Source: a virus (Duplodnaviria > Heunggongvirae > Uroviricota > Caudoviricetes). From it: a DNA stretch of 15,265 nucleotides. A model generated the notes under the pieces. The model was not told the origin of the DNA. It was given only the letters and a program-made list of their open reading frames with translations, and did not search any database. The translations under genes were made by a program, and so were the position numbers. Location: the IMG/VR virus record IMGVR_UViG_2526164632_000028. One strand, given 5' to 3'. Shown here one piece after another: positions 13,307 to 15,265 of this stretch; the stretch's first letter is position 1, and every line of letters begins with the position of its first letter.

Positions 13307-13579
13307 ATGGTGCACAAAACCAAATTTCACAATTCTGATACCGACCTTGCCATCCGGCATGGGCGGCGTTCACACGCATTTAAAACCGACTGGTACCAAC
13401 ACCCACCATGTACTGAAGAACAGGCCGAATGGCTAATTCATAACTACCGCAGACGCGGATACGAGATTAAGAAAGCCCTCAGCCTCGATTATCGTCACTG
13501 GATAATCTATGTCAGGCTCCCTTATTCCGAACGCCCACCGCGTCCGTCCCGCACATTCCAGCAACGCATCTGGAGGTAA
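13307..13579 (+). CDS. rem: Rem-like small basic protein
   Basis: 90-aa ORF MVHKTKFHNSDTDLAIRHGRRSHAFKTDWYQHPPCTEEQAEW... between hok and the ydfU-like gene, as in Qin; its stop overlaps the SD of the next gene. Named by position and size only. Confidence 0.5.
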   Translation: MVHKTKFHNSDTDLAIRHGRRSHAFKTDWYQHPPCTEEQAEWLIHNYRRRGYEIKKALSLDYRHWIIYVRLPYSERPPRPSRTFQQRIWR

Positions 13580-13580
13580 C

Positions 13581-14636
13581 GTGCGGGTATTACTTCGACC
13601 TGTTCCGGTACCGGAACTTGGGCTGGTGGTGCTAAAACCGGGCCGTGAATCCATGCAGGTATTTCATAACCCTCGAGTTCTGGTGGAGCCGGAACCGAAA
13701 AGCATGCGCGGTCTGCCGTCCGGAGTCGTTCCTGCTGTTCGCCAGCCGCTGGCGGAGGATAAATCATTACTGCCATTTTTCAGCGATGAGCGGGTGATTC
13801 GTGCTGCTGGTGGTGCTGGTGCATTGTCTGACTGGCTGTTACGCCACATTAAATCCTGCCAGTGGCCTCATGGTGACTACCATCACAGTGAAACCGTCAT
13901 ACATCGTTACGGTACCGGCGCGATGGTGTTGTGCTGGCACTGCGACAACCAGCTGCGTAACCAGACTTCCGAATCACTCGGGCAGCTTGCTCACCAAAAC
14001 CTGTCAGCATGGATGATTGATGTCATCCGCCACGCAATGAATGGCACGCAGGAGCGGGAATTATCGCTGGCTGAATTATCCTGGTGGGCAACCATAAATA
14101 ACGTAGCGGACGCACTACCGGAGACGGTGTTACGTCGTTCACTGGGATTACGCGCGGAAAAAATTCGCTCAGTATACCGCGAGAGCGACATCGTGCCGGG
14201 AGAGCAGACCGCCACCAGCATGCTGAAGCAGCGCACAAAAAATATTGCGCTACTGCCTCACGCCCACCAGCAAAACCCGCCACAGGAAAAGACGGTGGTA
14301 AGCATTGCCGTTGATCCGGAGTCACCGGCTCAGTATCTCCAGCGCCAGAAACCACGACGGGAAGAGATGCCTGTATACACGCGTTGGGTAAAAACGCAGA
14401 AATGCATGACGTGTGGTAATCAGGCAGATGATCCGCATCACATCATTGGTCATGGACTGGGAGGGATGGGAACAAAGGCTGATGATTTGTTTGTTATTCC
14501 GCTGTGCCGTAAATGCCATAGCGAACTACACGCCGGGGTAAAAGATTTTGAAGAAAAACACGGCAGCCAGCTGTTGTTGCTGATTCGTTTTTTAATGCAC
14601 GCGAGAAATTCGGGTGTCCTGAAGTGGAAAGCATGA
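13581..14636 (+). CDS. ydfU: YdfU-like DUF968 protein with HNH-like zinc-finger motifs
   Basis: GTG 13581 with SD GGAGG 4 nt upstream (tabulated ORF starts at ATG 13509, no RBS). Motifs CWHCDNQ and CMTCGNQADDPHHIIGHGLGG...CRKCHSELH. Stop TGA is immediately followed by the rusA ATG. Confidence 0.75.
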   Translation: MRVLLRPVPVPELGLVVLKPGRESMQVFHNPRVLVEPEPKSMRGLPSGVVPAVRQPLAEDKSLLPFFSDERVIRAAGGAGALSDWLLRHIKSCQWPHGDYHHSETVIHRYGTGAMVLCWHCDNQLRNQTSESLGQLAHQNLSAWMIDVIRHAMNGTQERELSLAELSWWATINNVADALPETVLRRSLGLRAEKIRSVYRESDIVPGEQTATSMLKQRTKNIALLPHAHQQNPPQEKTVVSIAVDPESPAQYLQRQKPRREEMPVYTRWVKTQKCMTCGNQADDPHHIIGHGLGGMGTKADDLFVIPLCRKCHSELHAGVKDFEEKHGSQLLLLIRFLMHARNSGVLKWKA

Positions 14637-15002
14637 ATGACTGAACGCATAGAATTTGTTTTGCCTTACCCGCCAACGGTGAACACTTACTGGCGACGTC
14701 GTGGCAGCACATATTTTGTATCAAAAGCCGGTGAGCGTTATCGCCGTGATGTGGCGCTTATTGTTCGCCAGCAGCGGCTGAAATTAAACCTGTCCGGAAG
14801 GCTGGCGATAAAGATTATTGCAGAGCCACCGGATAAACGTCGTCGTGACCTGGACAATATCCTGAAAGCACCACTGGATGCGCTGACGCATGCCGGACTT
14901 CTCATAGACGACGAGCAGTTTGATGAAATCAATATTGTGCGCGGTCAGCGCGTTCCTGGGGGACGGCTGGGCGTGAAGATTTACAAAATTGAGAGTGAGT
15001 GA
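14637..15002 (+). CDS. rusA: Holliday junction resolvase RusA
   Basis: 121-aa ORF MTERIEFVLPYPPTVNTYWRRRG...DKRRRDLDNILKAPLDALTHAGLLIDDEQ...VPGGRLGVKI, collinear with E. coli RusA including the conserved Asp residues of the RRRDLDN segment; typical nin-region position before Q. Confidence 0.9.
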   Translation: MTERIEFVLPYPPTVNTYWRRRGSTYFVSKAGERYRRDVALIVRQQRLKLNLSGRLAIKIIAEPPDKRRRDLDNILKAPLDALTHAGLLIDDEQFDEINIVRGQRVPGGRLGVKIYKIESE

Positions 15003-15010
15003 TCGTAAAT

Positions 15011-15265
15011 ATGATATACCCGGAAATTACAGGCAAAAGCGGCGAGCATTTACGTCTAAAAACGCTGGAAGCCGTCTGGATCCAGGGGAAATTACGGATG
15101 TGGGGGCGTTGGTCGTATATAGGTGGTGGCAAACCAGGAAATATGTTCAATCAGTTGCTGGCATCCAAAAAACTGACAAAAACCGCAATCAATGAAGCCC
15201 TGCGTAGAATCAGGGAGTCAGGTATTGATAAACCAGAGCTGGAAGCATTCTTGCGAGAGATGATC
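15011..15265 (+). CDS. antitermination protein Q-like, N-terminal part (truncated by window end)
   Basis: ATG 15011; frame open to the window end, 85 codons: MIYPEITGKSGEHLRLKTLEAVWIQGKLRMWGRWSYIGGGKPGNMFNQLLASKKLTK... The LRMWGRW segment resembles the N-terminus of DLP12 QuuD-type Q proteins (from memory); position right after rusA. Confidence 0.45.
   Translation, partial: MIYPEITGKSGEHLRLKTLEAVWIQGKLRMWGRWSYIGGGKPGNMFNQLLASKKLTKTAINEALRRIRESGIDKPELEAFLREMI

Noticed and set aside
13509-13580. ATG 13509 as the start of the ydfU-like gene
   Set aside because: No RBS, and it would overlap the Rem-like gene by 71 nt; GTG 13581 has a GGAGG 4 nt upstream and gives a length close to K-12 YdfU. 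The choice remains uncertain.
14989-15195. 68-aa plus-strand ORF
   Set aside because: Arg-rich translation; the overlapping frame from ATG 15011 gives a Q-like N-terminus and stays open to the window end.
1-15265. Search for tRNA, rRNA, IS elements, attachment-site repeats and CRISPR arrays
   Set aside because: No cloverleaf-compatible sequence with a T-loop consensus, no transposase-like ORF or terminal inverted repeats, and no att core could be identified; the left attachment site would lie beyond position 1.

Overview
This 15.3-kb window reads as the left/early half of a lambdoid enterobacterial prophage, resembling an intact relative of the E. coli K-12 Qin (dicB-operon) cryptic prophage. 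Minus strand, leftward: lambda-type integrase, excisionase, an 823-aa exonuclease with a DnaQ-like DEDDh C-terminal domain, the dicB operon (ydfA-like, ydfB/C-like, DicF sRNA, dicB, ydfD) and a C2/cI-type HTH+S24 repressor. Plus strand, rightward: a cro/dicC-like gene broken at an A7 tract, a CII/YdaT-like gene, a replication initiator with six 15-bp iterons inside its coding sequence, a DnaC-like loader, two proteins with winged-helix-like repeats, an AT-rich island of about nine tightly coupled small ORFs (10.3-12.4 kb), a 45-aa hydrophobic peptide, a hok-type type I toxin locus, rem/ydfU-like genes, rusA and the start of a Q-like antiterminator. No tRNA, rRNA, CRISPR array or IS element was seen. 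The most notable unexplained signals are the small-ORF island (function unknown; the best candidate here for an undescribed accessory or anti-defence module), a repressor whose catalytic serine is replaced by alanine, and the frameshifted cro. All homology statements come from motif recognition and memory of protein sequences; no database search was run, so names are provisional.
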